A stretch of 64,000 bases of DNA from Leucoraja ocellata (lineage: Eukaryota). Within the stretch, counting starts at the first letter, position 1. Each line of letters opens with the position of its first letter. The position numbers and the translations under genes are program-made. Of the stretch, positions 49,600 to 62,191 are shown in pieces. The notes under the pieces are model-generated. The model did no database searches, was not told where the DNA came from, and worked only from the letters and a program-made list of their open reading frames with translations. The stretch spans positions 9,176,001 through 9,240,000 of the forward strand of contig JAWMAR010000050.1 in assembly GCA_036785375.1 (NCBI GenBank), read 5' to 3'.

Positions 49600-51676
49600 A
49601 TAGACAATAGACAATAGGTGTAGCAGTAGGCCTTCGGCCCTTCGAGCCAGCACCGCCATTCAATGTGATCAAGGCTGATCATCCCCAAACAGTACCCCGA
49701 TCCTGCCTTCTTCGCATATCCCCTGACTCTGCTATCTTTAAGAGCTATATCTAGCTCTCTCTTGAAAGTATCCAAAGAACCGGCCTCCACCGCCCTCTGA
49801 GTCAGAGAATTCCACAGACTCACAACTCTCTGAGAAAACGTGTTTCCTCGTCTCCGTTCTAAATGGCTTACCCCTTGTTCTTAAACTGTGGCCTCTAGTT
49901 CTAGACTCCCCCAACATTGGGAACATGTTTCCTGCCTCTAGCTTGTCCATATCCTTAATAATCTTATATGTTTCAATAAGATTCCCTCTCATCCTTCTAA
50001 ACTCCAGAGTGTACCAAGCCCAGCCGCTCCATTCGCTCAGCATATGACAGTCCCGCCATCACAGGAAATAACCTTGTAAACCTATGGCGCACTCCCTCAA
50101 TAGCAAGAATGTCATTCCTCAAATTAGGGGACCAAAACTGCACACAATACTCCAGGTGTGGTCTCACTAGGGCCCTGTACAACTGCAAAGGACCTCTTTG
50201 CTCCTATACTCGAATCCTCTTGTTATAAAGGCCAACATGCCATTCGCTTTCTTCACTGCCTGCTGTACCTGCATGCTTACTTTCATAGACTGATGAACAA
50301 GGACCCCCCAGATCCCATTGTACTTCCCCTTTTCCCAACATGACGCCATTTAGATAGTAATCTGCCTTCCTGTTTATGATACCAAAGTGGATAACCTCAC
50401 ATTTATCCACATTAAACTTCATCTGCCATGCATCTGCCCACTTCACCAACCTGTCCAAGTCACCCTGCATTCTCATAGCATCCTCCTCACAGTTCACACC
50501 GCCACCCAGCTTTGTGTCATCTGCAAATTTGCTAATGTTGCTTTGAATCCCTTCATCGAAATCATTGATGTATATTGTAAATATCTGCGGTCCCAGCACC
50601 GAGCCTCACGGTACCCCTGTAGTCACTGCCTGCCATTTTGAAAGGTACCCGTTAATCCCTACTCTTTGTTTCCTGTCTGCTAACCAATTTTCTATCCATG
50701 TCAGCACTCTACCTCCAATACCATGTGCCCTAATTTTGCCCACTAATCTCCTATGTGGGACCTTATCAAATGCTTTCTGAAAGTCCAGGTACACTACATC
50801 CACTGGCTCTCCCTTGTCCATTTTCCTAGTTACATCCTCAAAAATTTCCAGAAGATTAGTCAAGCATGATTTCCCCTTCGTAAATCCATGCTGACTCGGA
50901 CCGATCCTGTTACTGCTATCCAAATGTGCGGTTATTTCATCTTTTATAATTGACTCCAGCATCTTCCCCACCATCGATGTCAGGCTAACTGGTCTATAAT
51001 TCCCTGTGTTCTCTCTCCCGCCTTTCTTAAAAAGTGGGATAACATTAGCTACCCTCCAATCCACAGGAACTGATCCTGAGTCTATAGAACATTGGAAAAT
51101 TATCACCAATGCATCCACAATTTCTAGAGCCACTTCCTTAAGTACCCTGGGATGCAGACCATCAGGCTCTGGGGATTTATCAGCCATCAGTCCCATCAGT
51201 CTACCCAACACCATTTCCTGCCTAATGTGGATTTTCTTCAATTCTTCCGTCACCCGAGATCCTCTGGCCACTACTATATCAGGAAGATTATTTGTGTCCT
51301 CCTTAGTGAAGACGGATCCAAAGTACCTGTTCCACTCATCTGCCATTTCCTTGTTCACCATAATAAATTCACCCTTTTCGGTCTTCAAGGGTCCCACTTT
51401 GGTCTTAACTAATTCTTACCTTTTCACATATCTAAAGAAGCTTTTACTATGCTCCTTTATATTCTTGGTTAGCTTGCCTTCGTACCTCATCTTTTCTCAC
51501 CGTATTGTCTTTTTAGTTATCTTCTGTTGCTCTTTAAACATTACCCAATCCTCATGCTTCTCACTCATCTTTGCTACGTTGTACTTTTCTCTTTTATTTT
51601 TATAGTCCCTGACGTCCCTGATGTCCCTTTTCAGCCACCGTCGCCCCTTACTCCCCTTGGAATCTTTCTTCCTCCT
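49600..51676 (-). mobile_element. CR1/HER1-type LINE, 5' truncated, frameshifted
   Basis: ORFs 50606-51397, 50204-50599, 49997-50188 with CR1 RT motifs; (TTGTCTA)n tail; same subfamily as 18270 copy. Confidence 0.95.
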
Positions 51677-53220
51677 AGGAAGAAAGATTCCAAAAGCAGT
51701 AGAATGCAGAGAAATTCCAAAAGCAGGGGTTGCTCTCCTTAGAACTGAGAAGATCGAGGTCAGATCATGTTCAATTTCAAGTTAAAGTGAGTATATTGTC
51801 ATGTGTCCCTGATAGGACAATGAAATTCTTGCTTTGCTTAACACACATAACATAGTAGGCATTTACTACAAAACAGATCAGATCAAAATGAATGGTGTTG
51901 GTGGAATAACAACAATGACAGTACTTTCATTCTGTTGAGCACTAAGGTCACGGATTTAATGTAATTAACACAAAAAGCAAAGTGTGGAAAAAAATCTTAC
52001 AAAATTGCACAATGATTTTGAAAGGACTGTTAAAAGGCTTGTGCCAGTAAATTCAGTAATACCATTCAAAAGCTGTAACCTCATACCAAAGAGGTTGCAA
52101 CTCAATAATAAATATCAAGAAGTAGTGGTTTATTTACAACGGCTACACACTCAAACAATGTGCATGATAATGTTGAGAATCTGGCACCTTAGTCATTGGT
52201 GGTGCCAACCATCTGATTTTCTAGACTATTGGATGTCACTCCTTTTATCTTGGCAGGAATTAATTTCAATTTTTTAACATGTAATACATTGAGTGGAAAA
52301 TATTTCCAGTCATCGTAGGAGTTTAAAAACAGCGGTAAACAGAGCCTGGTGAGTTTCAACTAGTAAATTCAGTATACCAACACGCCCTCATTCCAAACAT
52401 GGCAAACAGTCCAGAACATGGTTTAAGCTACGGATTTTTCCATGTTCCTGACTCCCATTGTTACCCATCCCAAGAATGGAATCAGCCACACATCCGGCAC
52501 AGTACACATGGATAAAAAGATCCTATTGAGTGACCCAGATGCTGAATTATCAGAGTTTTACTACACATGTGGAGTCCTCTAGCTTCTGAGCAAGAAATGT
52601 CTGATTATCTACAGCCAAATCCCTCACATGTTTATTAGCTGATCAGATATTGCACACCCATATATGGGAACACACTGCTTTTGGACAAAATATAACCATA
52701 CATGGAAATGCCCTTCAAAAAGAAAGTGCAGATATACTTGGAGAGTGGAATATTTGCAGATCAATGGGGTACATTTGAGAGCATTAACAAAAACTCAGTT
52801 CAGACAAATGTGCATCAAATACTCACATTCTACACTGTTTTACCATGAATCTAGGACTACAAAAGATTTAATTGTAAGAAATTCTAAGAAGCAATATTTT
52901 CACTTAGCTCTGTGATACAATAAACCATGGCAAAACTTAATGGTTGCATTATTCGTAAAACTGAAACTATTTGTAATCTTTATATCTTGAAAATAACATA
53001 AACCTTTAGTGTATGTAGATGCACAATAAAAAATGTTGTTGGCAGTGATTCCCTGTTTTTCCACAGTGCACGCTGTTTTGTAATTTTCTTTAGGATAAGT
53101 TTGAGAAAGTGGTGATCTGTAAAGAATTTCTTGTATTTTTTAGCTAATCTCATTGTAAAATTTTCTAGAAAGGTTACACATTGCATGTGCTGTGACCAGC
53201 ATTTTAACAGTGTGCTAAGC

Positions 53221-53432
53221 TGTAGTGGCCTGGTCAAGGTCAGGAAAAGACCGGACGCCAGGCGGATTCAAAAGAAGCTTTTTAATTCCAACAGTTCAAG
53301 AACACACACCGACACTCTTATCTCTACCCCTCGGGAGTCGACCGGTAAACCCCGTGGCAGACCTACGCCCCTGTCCCTCAATCGTCGAGGGGGATGATCC
53401 AAGGAGTGGCCTACCCCCCAGGGACCGCCACA
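53221..53432 (-). repeat. 3' LTR
   Basis: Preceded on the minus strand by PPT GAGGGGGGG (53444-53436). Confidence 0.95.
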
Positions 53433-56400
53433 GGACCCCCCCTCAAGTACCCGAGGTACGAAACGGACAGGACGGCGTACACGACGGCCAGACCGGGTGC
53501 ACACTACTCTCGGACCTGGAACAGGCGCCTGATCAACAAGTGCGGGGTACGAAGTAACCAAAGGAGGAGGTACCCTAGACAGAGGTCGCCCTCGCTTACG
53601 GGGCAGTGCTACCAGTGCCGGCCGATCGATATTGATATGTGCTGGCTTCAACCGCGCAACTGAAACAGTCTCCCGCCGACCCCCCATGTCCAGGACGAAC
53701 GTCGACGAGCCCTGTTCCAAGACCCGGAAGGGGCCTTCGTACGTCCGCTGTAGAGGTGTCCGATGTGCATCCCTGCGCAGAAAAACAAACTGGCAGTCCT
53801 CCAGAGCAGAGGGAACGTGCGGACGGAAGGACCCATGAGGAGAAGTGGGCACCGGCGCCAGCTTGCCCACCGTCTGCTGAAGACGTTGCAGAGCTTCTGA
53901 AGGCTGCTCCACCTGGCCACGTGCCGGCGGGATGAACTCCCCAGGCACCGTTAACGGAGACCCATACACCAACTCAGCGGAGGAGGAGGCCAAGTCCTCC
54001 TTGGGTGCGGTGCGTATCCCCAGCAAAACCCACGGTAGAGCGTCTACCCAGTCTGGGTCAGTGAGCCGCGCCCTTAGGGCACCCTTAAGCTGTCGGTGAA
54101 ACCGTTCCACTAGGCCGTTCGACTGCGGGTGGTACGCTGTCGTGTGGTGCAGACGAACACACAGGAGGCGTGCCATGGCCGACCACAGCTCTGACGTGAA
54201 CTGAGGCCCCCGATCGGATGTTATGTCCAGTGGAACCCTGAACCGGGCGATCCAGTGCGCCAACAATGCTCAAGCACAGGTAGTTGTGGTGGAATTCTGT
54301 AGCGGAATGGCTTCAGGCCACCGCGTGAAGCGGTCCACAACGGTAAATATATACGTCATGCCCTGGGACGACGGCAGCGGCCCCACGATGTCCACGTGAA
54401 TGTGGTCGAAACGTTTATGAGGAATGGGGAACTCCTGCAATGGCGCGTGCACGTGTCGTTGCACCTTGGCAGTCTGGCATGGGATGCAAGTGCGCGCCCA
54501 ATGTCCAACCTCCTTCCGCAGCCCGTGCCACATAAAGCGGGAGGCTACCAGGGCCGTTGTTGCCCTAATGGAGGGATGCGCAAGACCATGGAGCACCTCA
54601 AACACCCTGCGCCGCCGGACGATGGGTCGCGGAACTCCAGAGGAGACATCGCACAACAGCGTGGTACCCCCAGGACCACAGACAACGTCCTCCAACTGCA
54701 GGCCCGAAACTGCTGTACGATAGGCAGCCATCTCCTCGTCGACCAGCTGAGCAGCTGCCAGGTCGGAATAGTTGATCCCCTCACCGACTTGGAGAACCGC
54801 GTGGACTGCAGGTCTTGATAAGGCATCGGCCACCCTGTTAAATTTGCCCTCAACGAACCGGATGGAGGTGGTGTACTCGGACACATACGCCAACTGCCTC
54901 TGCTGCCGGGCAGACCACGGGTCTGATACCTTGGCGAATGCGAAGGTTAGTGGCTTGTGGTCCGTGAATGCAGTAAATGGTCTCCCCTCCAGAAAATAGC
55001 GGAAATGGCGTACGGCGAGATATAGGGCAAGGAGCTCACTTTCGAAGGCGCTGTAACGACGCTGTGGTCCACTGAGATGCCTGCTGAAGAAGGCAAGTGG
55101 CCGCCAGCAACCCTCAATGAGCTGCTCTAACACTGCCCCAACTGCAATCTCTGAAGCATCCACCGTCAAGGCGGTCGTGGCATCCTCTCGTGGGTGGACG
55201 AGCATTGTGGCCTCAGCCAGTGCCTGCTTAGCCCTCTCAAATGCCGCTGATGCTTCCACGGACCAATCAACCTCCCTGCGATGACCAGCAATCAGGTTGA
55301 AAAGCGGACGCATGATCGCAGCCGCTGACGGCAGGAAGCGGTGATAGAAAGTGACCATTCCCACGAATTCCTGCAGGCCCCTAATTGTGGTCGGACGGGG
55401 GAACCTGCGAATAGCGTCCACCCTGGTCGGCAGAGGCACCACCCCTTGTTCAGTCACGCGGTGGCCGAGGAAGTTGATAGCCGTCACCCCGAAACAGCAC
55501 TTGGACGCGTTTATAGTTAAACCGAAATCGCTGAGGCGCTGACACATTTGACGGAGGTGGGTGCAGTGCTCCTGCCGCGAGCGACTGGCCACGAGTATGC
55601 CGTCCAGGTACACAAAAACAAAGTCCAATCCGCGGCACACGCAGTCCATAAGCCGCTGAAAGGCCTGCGCGTCGTTCTTCAACCCAAACGGCATCCGCAC
55701 AAATTCGAAAAGACCAAATGGTGTGATAATGGCCGTCTTCGGGATATCGTCGGGGCGGACTGGAATTTGATTGTACCCTCGCACGAGGTCCACCTTGGAA
55801 AATACGGATGCCCCAGCCAGATGGGCATTGAAGTCCTGAATGTGCGGGACCGGATACCTGTCGGCGACGGTCGCATCATTCAGGCGCCGGTAATCGCCAC
55901 ACGGGCGCCAGCCCCCGTCCTTCTTAGGGACCATGTGGAGCGGTGAGGCCCATGGGCTATCGGAGGGACGCACGATGCCCATCGCCTCCATCTGGCGGAA
56001 CTCCTCCCGAGCTAGACGGAGCTTGTCTGGGGCGAGACGACGTGCACAGGCGCGCCAGTAGTGGGGATATGGTGCTCCACCCCGTGCTTCGGGGTGGAGG
56101 AGTGGAAGTGGGGTTCGAGAATGCCAGGAAAATCTGCCAGGATACGCGCGAAAGTCGCATCCACGGATGACAGGGGGCCATCAGGGCGTACTACAGGATC
56201 ACCAGTACGGAGGAAGACTGGCTCCAGCGTGACAGAGTGCATCAGGCGCCGCCGCTTGACATCCATGAGCAGTGAATGGACTCTAACGAAGCCTGCGCCC
56301 AGCAGCGGCTGGGAAACGTCTGCAATGACGAACCTCCACGAAAACGAGTTGCGGCCAAAGTTGAGGGGAATGGTGCGAAACCCGTAGGTGCGAATAGCAC

Positions 56401-56590
56401 TCCTGTTTGCCGCGGTGAGGAGGGGGCCTTGTTTGCCCGCCCGGATGTCAGTGATGGAGGGAGGCAGAACACTCACTTCCGCACCAGCGTCGACGAGGAA
56501 ACGTCCCCCACTGCGGCGATCCCAAGCGAAAACGCGATGAATCGTGCCGGCCGCCGAAGGAATCGCTGACGACCGGCCCTTTAGTTTCCC
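53268..56590 (-). pseudogene. pol: Pol (protease, RT, RNase H, integrase), disrupted
   Basis: FLVDAGAEVS; [18 protein letters not shown]; VDAS, ELLA, TDHKPL, ADALSR; HHCC and DIVGP/SDRG/VERFH; frameshift near 56040, stop at 54270-54272. Confidence 0.92.
56523..56590 (-). promoter_or_regulatory. -1 ribosomal frameshift signal (G_GGA_AAC plus stem-loop/pseudoknot)
   Basis: Slippery heptamer directly before the gag TAA, 6-nt spacer, 10-bp GC-rich stem. Confidence 0.8.
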
Positions 56591-57437
56591 GAGAACGAAC
56601 AGGGTGGGCGACAAAGCCTGGCTGCAGCTCCCCAGCGGCGATGATAATAACACCAACCAGCTTTGCTGGCGTCTGGTTGAACTGCAGGCTGGTTTGAGCG
56701 CCAGCGACCTCCGCTGGCGTCTGGTGAAACTGCAAGCCGATTTGGCTGGTTTAAACGCCAGCAACCTCTGCTGGCATTGGTTTGAACTGCAGGCTGGCCG
56801 TGCTGGAAGGACGTGCCTGCTGCTGAATGCGTAATGGCCGCCGGATTTTGCCGCGGGGGCCGACCGGGAGCAGTGGAGACGCGGTGGATAGCGGTCCCGA
56901 CCTGCTCTGAGTCTTCAAACGCCTCAGGAAGGACGTCCACTGCTTCCAGGTTGCGATGACGAGAATTCCACAGCTCGTCGGCATGTTCACCCAGCGCCAG
57001 CATGTCGGTAAACGGATCCCTGGCGAGCTGCATGCGAATGTCGGGAGGCAGCTGCTGCAGGTAGGCATATTTAAAGAGAAAGCACGGCTCATGGTCCCCC
57101 ATTAGGGTGAGCATGTCTTCCAGGAGGGCAGACGGCTGGCGGTCGCCCAGGCCGTCCATTCTGAAAATGCGAGCTGCCCGCTGGGCATCACCCAGGCCAA
57201 ACCTCCTGATGAGAAATGCTTTAAGGCCAGTATATTTGTTTGCTACCGGGGGGCCCTGAGGAAAGGCTTAACCCATCTCGCGGTCAGTTGGTCAAGCGAG
57301 CCAACCACGTAAAAGTTCTTAGTCTTATCCTGCGTGATACCTCGCACAGCAAACTGGGCCTCTGCCTGCTGGAACCAGGTTTCGGGTTCTTCAGTCCATG
57401 GAGTTGGGAGCTTCAGCGCAACAGCGTTATTATCCAT
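56581..57437 (-). pseudogene. gag: Gag (one frameshift)
   Basis: AVALKLPTPW...WFQQAEAQF, LGDRQPSALL, CHCC knuckle CYYHRRWGAAARLCRPPC; frame break at the G6 run 57248-57253. Confidence 0.9.
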
Positions 57438-57457
57438 CACGACGCATGATGAACGAA

Positions 57458-57470
57458 GTCGGGGTCACCA
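57458..57470 (-). promoter_or_regulatory. Primer binding site, tRNA-Trp
   Basis: TGGTGACCCCGAC equals the first 13 nt of the known tRNA-Trp PBS (TGGTGACCCCGACGTGAT). Confidence 0.85.
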
Positions 57471-57471
57471 G

Positions 57472-57683
57472 TGTAGTGGCCTGGTCAAGGTCAGGAAAAG
57501 ACCGGACGCCAGGCGGATTCAAAAGAAGCTTTTTAATTCCAACAGTTCAAGAACACACACCGACACTCTTATCTCTACCCCTCGGGAGTCGACCGGTAAA
57601 CCCCGTGGCAGACCTACGCCCCTGTCCCTCAATCGTCGAGGGGGATGATCCAAGGAGTGGCCTACCCCCCAGGGACCGCCACA
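57472..57683 (-). repeat. 5' LTR
   Basis: Identical by eye to 53221-53432; followed on the minus strand by the PBS. Confidence 0.95.
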
Positions 57684-58962
57684 AAGCTATGATTACTGTT
57701 TGGCAACCTCTGTGCCTGAAAAAATGAATTTTACATGTTTGCAATGTTATTCCATCATGAAATAAAATAGAAAACATTGGAAATATTCAAAAGATTGTGT
57801 AGCATCTGTGAAGAGAAAAGGAGAGTTCATCAGAGCAGTTCTGACGAGGTGGAAGGAGTTAAATTCAAATCAGATTAAAAAATAAATGTTAAGAAAGATA
57901 TTTGATTTTTTTTAAACAAAGGAAAACAGACATAAAACATAAATAATTTGTTATTTTAAAAGTCTAAGGTTATTCCATGCAGGAATAGGATTGAACAGTT
58001 AAAATATGCCCCCTTTCTGGGGAAAAGGGTTTTATTGGTCTTTTGTCAGTCTGCTGTAAGCTGTTTTTCAGCCCTGATTAGAAACAATGGGATGATTAAG
58101 GGAACATTTTCATTTGCGTTGCCAAATTGTGGAGTGCTGTAAATTAAGCTGTAAATTCTGGAGAGGTACAACTCATCCAGTGTTTCCATCCCTTGAATTT
58201 TCTTGTGAATGTGCATACAAGTAGGTTGAGTAATAGTAACATGGTGTTACTTTTTTCATCAAGTTTCCTCACATTATTTCATACTATAGACCCAGAATGC
58301 CTTGTGACATATGGATTCCTTATGTTTATCTTAAAGGGCAATTTCTGCTGAGGCAATCAATAAATATGGATAGAATTGTGTAGTTGTTGCCTTTGGAAGA
58401 AACACAGATGGAAACTCTAAATTTCATGCTCTAAATATAGTTCAACTTACAGAAATTGTCAGTATCATCTGTAGACTATAGAAACAATGAACTGCACATG
58501 CTGGTTTATACCAAATATACCAAAGATAGATACAAAGTGCTGGAATAACCGAGTGGGTCCAGCAGCATCTCTGGAGAGAAAAGGATGGGTAACATTACAG
58601 GTCAGGAGGGACCCTCCCGATCCATAACATCACTCATCCATAACATCTCCAGAAACGTTGTTTGGCCAGCTCAGTTACTCTATCTTTAGCTGTAGATTGT
58701 TTCTCTTTACCCTGGAGTGCCTCAGCAGGAACTGGAGATCCTATGCAAGCTAATGGTGAACATTTATTTTGACTTTAAGTTGACTAATGATCCAGTATGA
58801 GATCATATTTACTCTGAATGTGGTCATCGGATGCCTTTCTATTTCCTGGTTGGGTGAACAACCTTCCTACTTGCAGTACTGGTTGGGAAATATTTGAAAG
58901 TTTTCACTAGAAAAAGCATGTGTTGCTAATTTCTTCCTTTGACCCTGATATTCAGCTAGTAA

Positions 58963-59602
58963 AGGGCCTGTCCCACTTAAGTGTCCTTGGCATGCTAATT
59001 ACGCGACCTCGTGGCGCATTGAGCCGCGCCGGTCTCGCGAAGGTCGGGCATGACTTCATTCGACCGCACAGCCGTCTGAAGTTCGCGACGTCATTTGAAG
59101 ATGGACACAAAAATCTGGAGTAACTCAGCGGGACAGGCAGCATCTCTGGAGAGAAGCAATGGATGATGTTTTGTGTCGAGGCTCTTCTGCTGTCTGAAAG
59201 AAGGGTCTTGACCCGAAACGTCACCCATTGCTTCTCTCCAGAGATGCTGCCAGTCCCGCAGACTTACTCCAGCATTTTGTATCTATCTTCAATTTTCTTG
59301 ACCCCGCTCTGGGAGTAGAAGTGGGGGCAGATCCGGACCGCAACGGCTGTGAGCCCCAGGCCGAGCTCGGCGATCGTTTGCCTGCTTCTGCTGCTGTTGA
59401 AGGTGAGATGTTGTGTCGCGCCAGGGTCTTGGGCCTGTCCCACTTTGGCCGTCAGTTCCGCGACAGGCCGTTGGCCCGCGAAGATTTCGGAGCCCCGCAC
59501 GATGTCACCAGCCCTGCGCGGCCATACGATGCCCGTGCCCCTCAACGCGACCACAAGGTCGCATAATTTGCATGCCAAGGACACGTAAGTGGGACAGGCC
59601 CT
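58963..59602. mobile_element. PIF/Harbinger-type MITE with long TIRs
   Basis: ~60-bp TIR beginning AGGGCCTGTCCCACTT, TAA TSD at 58960-58962 and 59603-59605. Confidence 0.9.
59095..59292. mobile_element. Symmetric Penelope-derived hairpin nested in the MITE
   Basis: ~90-bp inverted arms meeting at the hammerhead core. Confidence 0.85.
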
Positions 59603-61058
59603 TAAGTTACAAATAATCCTTCAAGTTCATTTTAGCTTTGTAATGGTTTAAATTCAGGGAATGTCAGGTACATTTGGTGGTGATTTCTAAAACTCTGTCT
59701 CAGTCGGAATTGATGTTTCATGTAATGGCAATTTCAAACTTTTCCAATGTCCAACTTTTTATTGCCACTACTGCACAGGCAAGGTGGAGTGAAACTTACA
59801 CAAACGATAAAGAAAACAGATCATCCAGTCGTTAGTTCCAGTTTAATTGAATCTTTATTGAAGTAGCTGTACAAACAAAGAGATGATTCATACCAGGTAT
59901 TCTTTATTCTCATACAAGTTGTATCTTTCCGTTCTCTCTCTTCTGGTAAAAACTGTATCCTCTCTCCTATGTCTACTTCAGTCTGATCTAGCCACTCCCT
60001 GTGCTATATGTATCGCACATATGCATTGCTATATGTAACGTTCTACAAAGCATCAAGAGCCCGCCCTCCAAGCATTCAAAATAATTCTGCAAGAAATATC
60101 TAGATAAAGCAATAAAATATGCTAACAGTGACTAGCCTAAGCATAAATGGCTCCTACATATATCTTTGGAATTAAGTAAATAGCCATTTTGTAGCTGTTT
60201 CGCAGTGTTTTTCATGTCTTTCAGGACTTTAATGTCCTGTATGTCACACTAGGAAGAAGTGATTGTTTTTTCACATGTGACAAACACTGTTGCCAATGTT
60301 GCCATTTGTATATGAAAACTTTTGAATCTTCTTTCTTCATCCATTATTCCTTTCAGTGGAGGGATTCATTTACAGCTTGATGTACATGTAGAAAGTAAGG
60401 GTTAGTAAAATCTAAGATGTTACTGCATTTAATATGCATGCAAAGTAGGCTATTAAATGATTAAATAAATGGAATTTTGAATCCGTAGTCTTTTGCAGAT
60501 GTATAACCCAGTTAAGGATTCAAAAACTAAAGCAGGAAAGGCTGAAAATAGCAAGTCAGAGAACAATTGAAATTACCTTTTAATATTCAAGGTGGCTGTT
60601 TGTTACATTTTCAAATTGTGAGTTGACTCATTTGAATACTGGAATTGGCATAAATCCTGGAGTATTCAAAAATTAAAAAATTTCAACCCTTAAATACCTC
60701 GTGAGGAACAAGTTTTCCATTTACTAAAATATGTTTCGTTTATTTGAGCACTTCTTAGAAACTTCAGTCCAAATCCAAGGTGTTGTAAAGTAGCGATAAC
60801 AGGTTATACTTTGCATTCAATTGTTATTCATTTTCCAAGCACTTCAATGGAACAGAATTTTGGAGAACTGTAATGTGCTACTACTACTCTATAGGTGTTT
60901 GGTGCTACTGACTGGGAATGCATTAACTTTCCATTCTCTTTGAGCATGTTTGTTAATTATGAAACTTTGGAGATGAGATTAAAGTCAGCAATGAAAAAAT
61001 GGCGAATGTGGCATGGTAGTGGCTGGGAGTGGAGGGCATGCAGAAATGAACATAACTC

Positions 61059-62141
61059 AAAGGGAGGGAAGAGGTGGAGGGACGGGGGTAGGGGAGGGGG
61101 TGGAGGGAAGGGGGTGGAGGGAAGGGGGTGGAGGGGAGGGTGTGAAGGGATTAGGGGAGGGAGGGTGGGAGGGGGTTGGGGACGAGGAAGGGGGGAGAGG
61201 TGGGAGAGAGAGATGAGAGGGGGGGGCGAGAGAGCGGAGAGAGAGTGCGAGAGAGTGGGGAGGGAGATAGAGGGGGATAGGGAAAGAGAGGAGAGGGGGG
61301 GGAGAGAGAGAGAGAGGGGAGAGAGAGGGAGGGGGGGGAGAGAGAGAGAGAGAGAGGCACGGAGCAATCTGAGGAGGGTGAAAAGCAGCGGGGGGACCAG
61401 CTGATCGTGGCTTCCGCCAGCGTGACTGAGCCGGGCCGGGCCAGGCGGGGGGGGGGGGGGGGGGGACAGCTGATCATCCCCTGTGACGGGTAGAGAGTAA
61501 AGATCCTATAGCGGTATAGGATCTTTGGTAGAGAGGAGAGGGGAGAGAGGGAGGAAGGAGAGGGGAGGAGGTGAGAAGAGGAGGGGGTTGGAGGGGCCGG
61601 GTGAGTGAGTGGGCTGTCAAATGAGGAGAGAGAGAGAAGCGGCTTCTGACTCTGGAAACCCAAAGCTGGAATGAGCGCGCAGGCAGGCGGGGCTTCACGA
61701 GCTGCACCAACAGTGAGGAGAAGGTTCAGCGCGTGAGGCGCCGCTGCCCCGAGATCTGCAGAACAAAGACCCTGTAGCGGAACGGAGCTGTAGAATCTTT
61801 GTTCTGCAGAACTTTCTCGATCTTTCTGCGCCTTTAATCTTCAACGGCGGGGGGGGGGGGGGGGGGGAGGCAGGAGGCAGGTGGGCCTGGATTGGTTGGC
61901 ATGTGGGCATTGTGATGTCAGCAGCTGGCAAGCGCCGATTATATTTTAAAAAGTCCGTTTTGTGAACAACTTTATTCAAAATCTGGGGAAATAATTGACC
62001 GAATTTAGAGAGGAGTGCATTTATGAAATCATAAGTTAAATCCCTACCGAAATTGTAAAAATATCTGCGTTTTTATGTCTGGTTTTTGAGGAGATACGTT
62101 TCAAAGGCAAAATGACATACACACACACGCATGCACGCACG

Positions 62142-62178
<37 letters not shown>

Positions 62179-62191
62179 AAAAGTATATAGA
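61059..62191 (-). mobile_element. Probable Helitron-like element (5' end visible) with CA microsatellite and G/A-rich low-complexity block
   Basis: Minus strand A|TCTATATACTTTTAAAAC start, (TG)n, GC-rich middle; no CTAG end found. Confidence 0.45.

Larger units (their letters stand above)
53221..57683 (-). mobile_element. Full-length Ty3/Gypsy LTR retrotransposon, CsRn1-like clade
   Basis: Two 212-bp TG...CA LTRs, TSD AAGC (53217-53220, 57684-57687), gag-PR-RT-RH-IN order. Confidence 0.97.

Noticed and set aside
53221-57683. Bacterial contamination or endogenous retrovirus
   Set aside because: TSD-flanked in host-like DNA, Gypsy domain order and motifs, no env ORF
60895-61663. Gly/Arg/Glu- and Pro/Leu/Ser-rich ORFs
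   Set aside because: Low-complexity purine tract lacking stop codons
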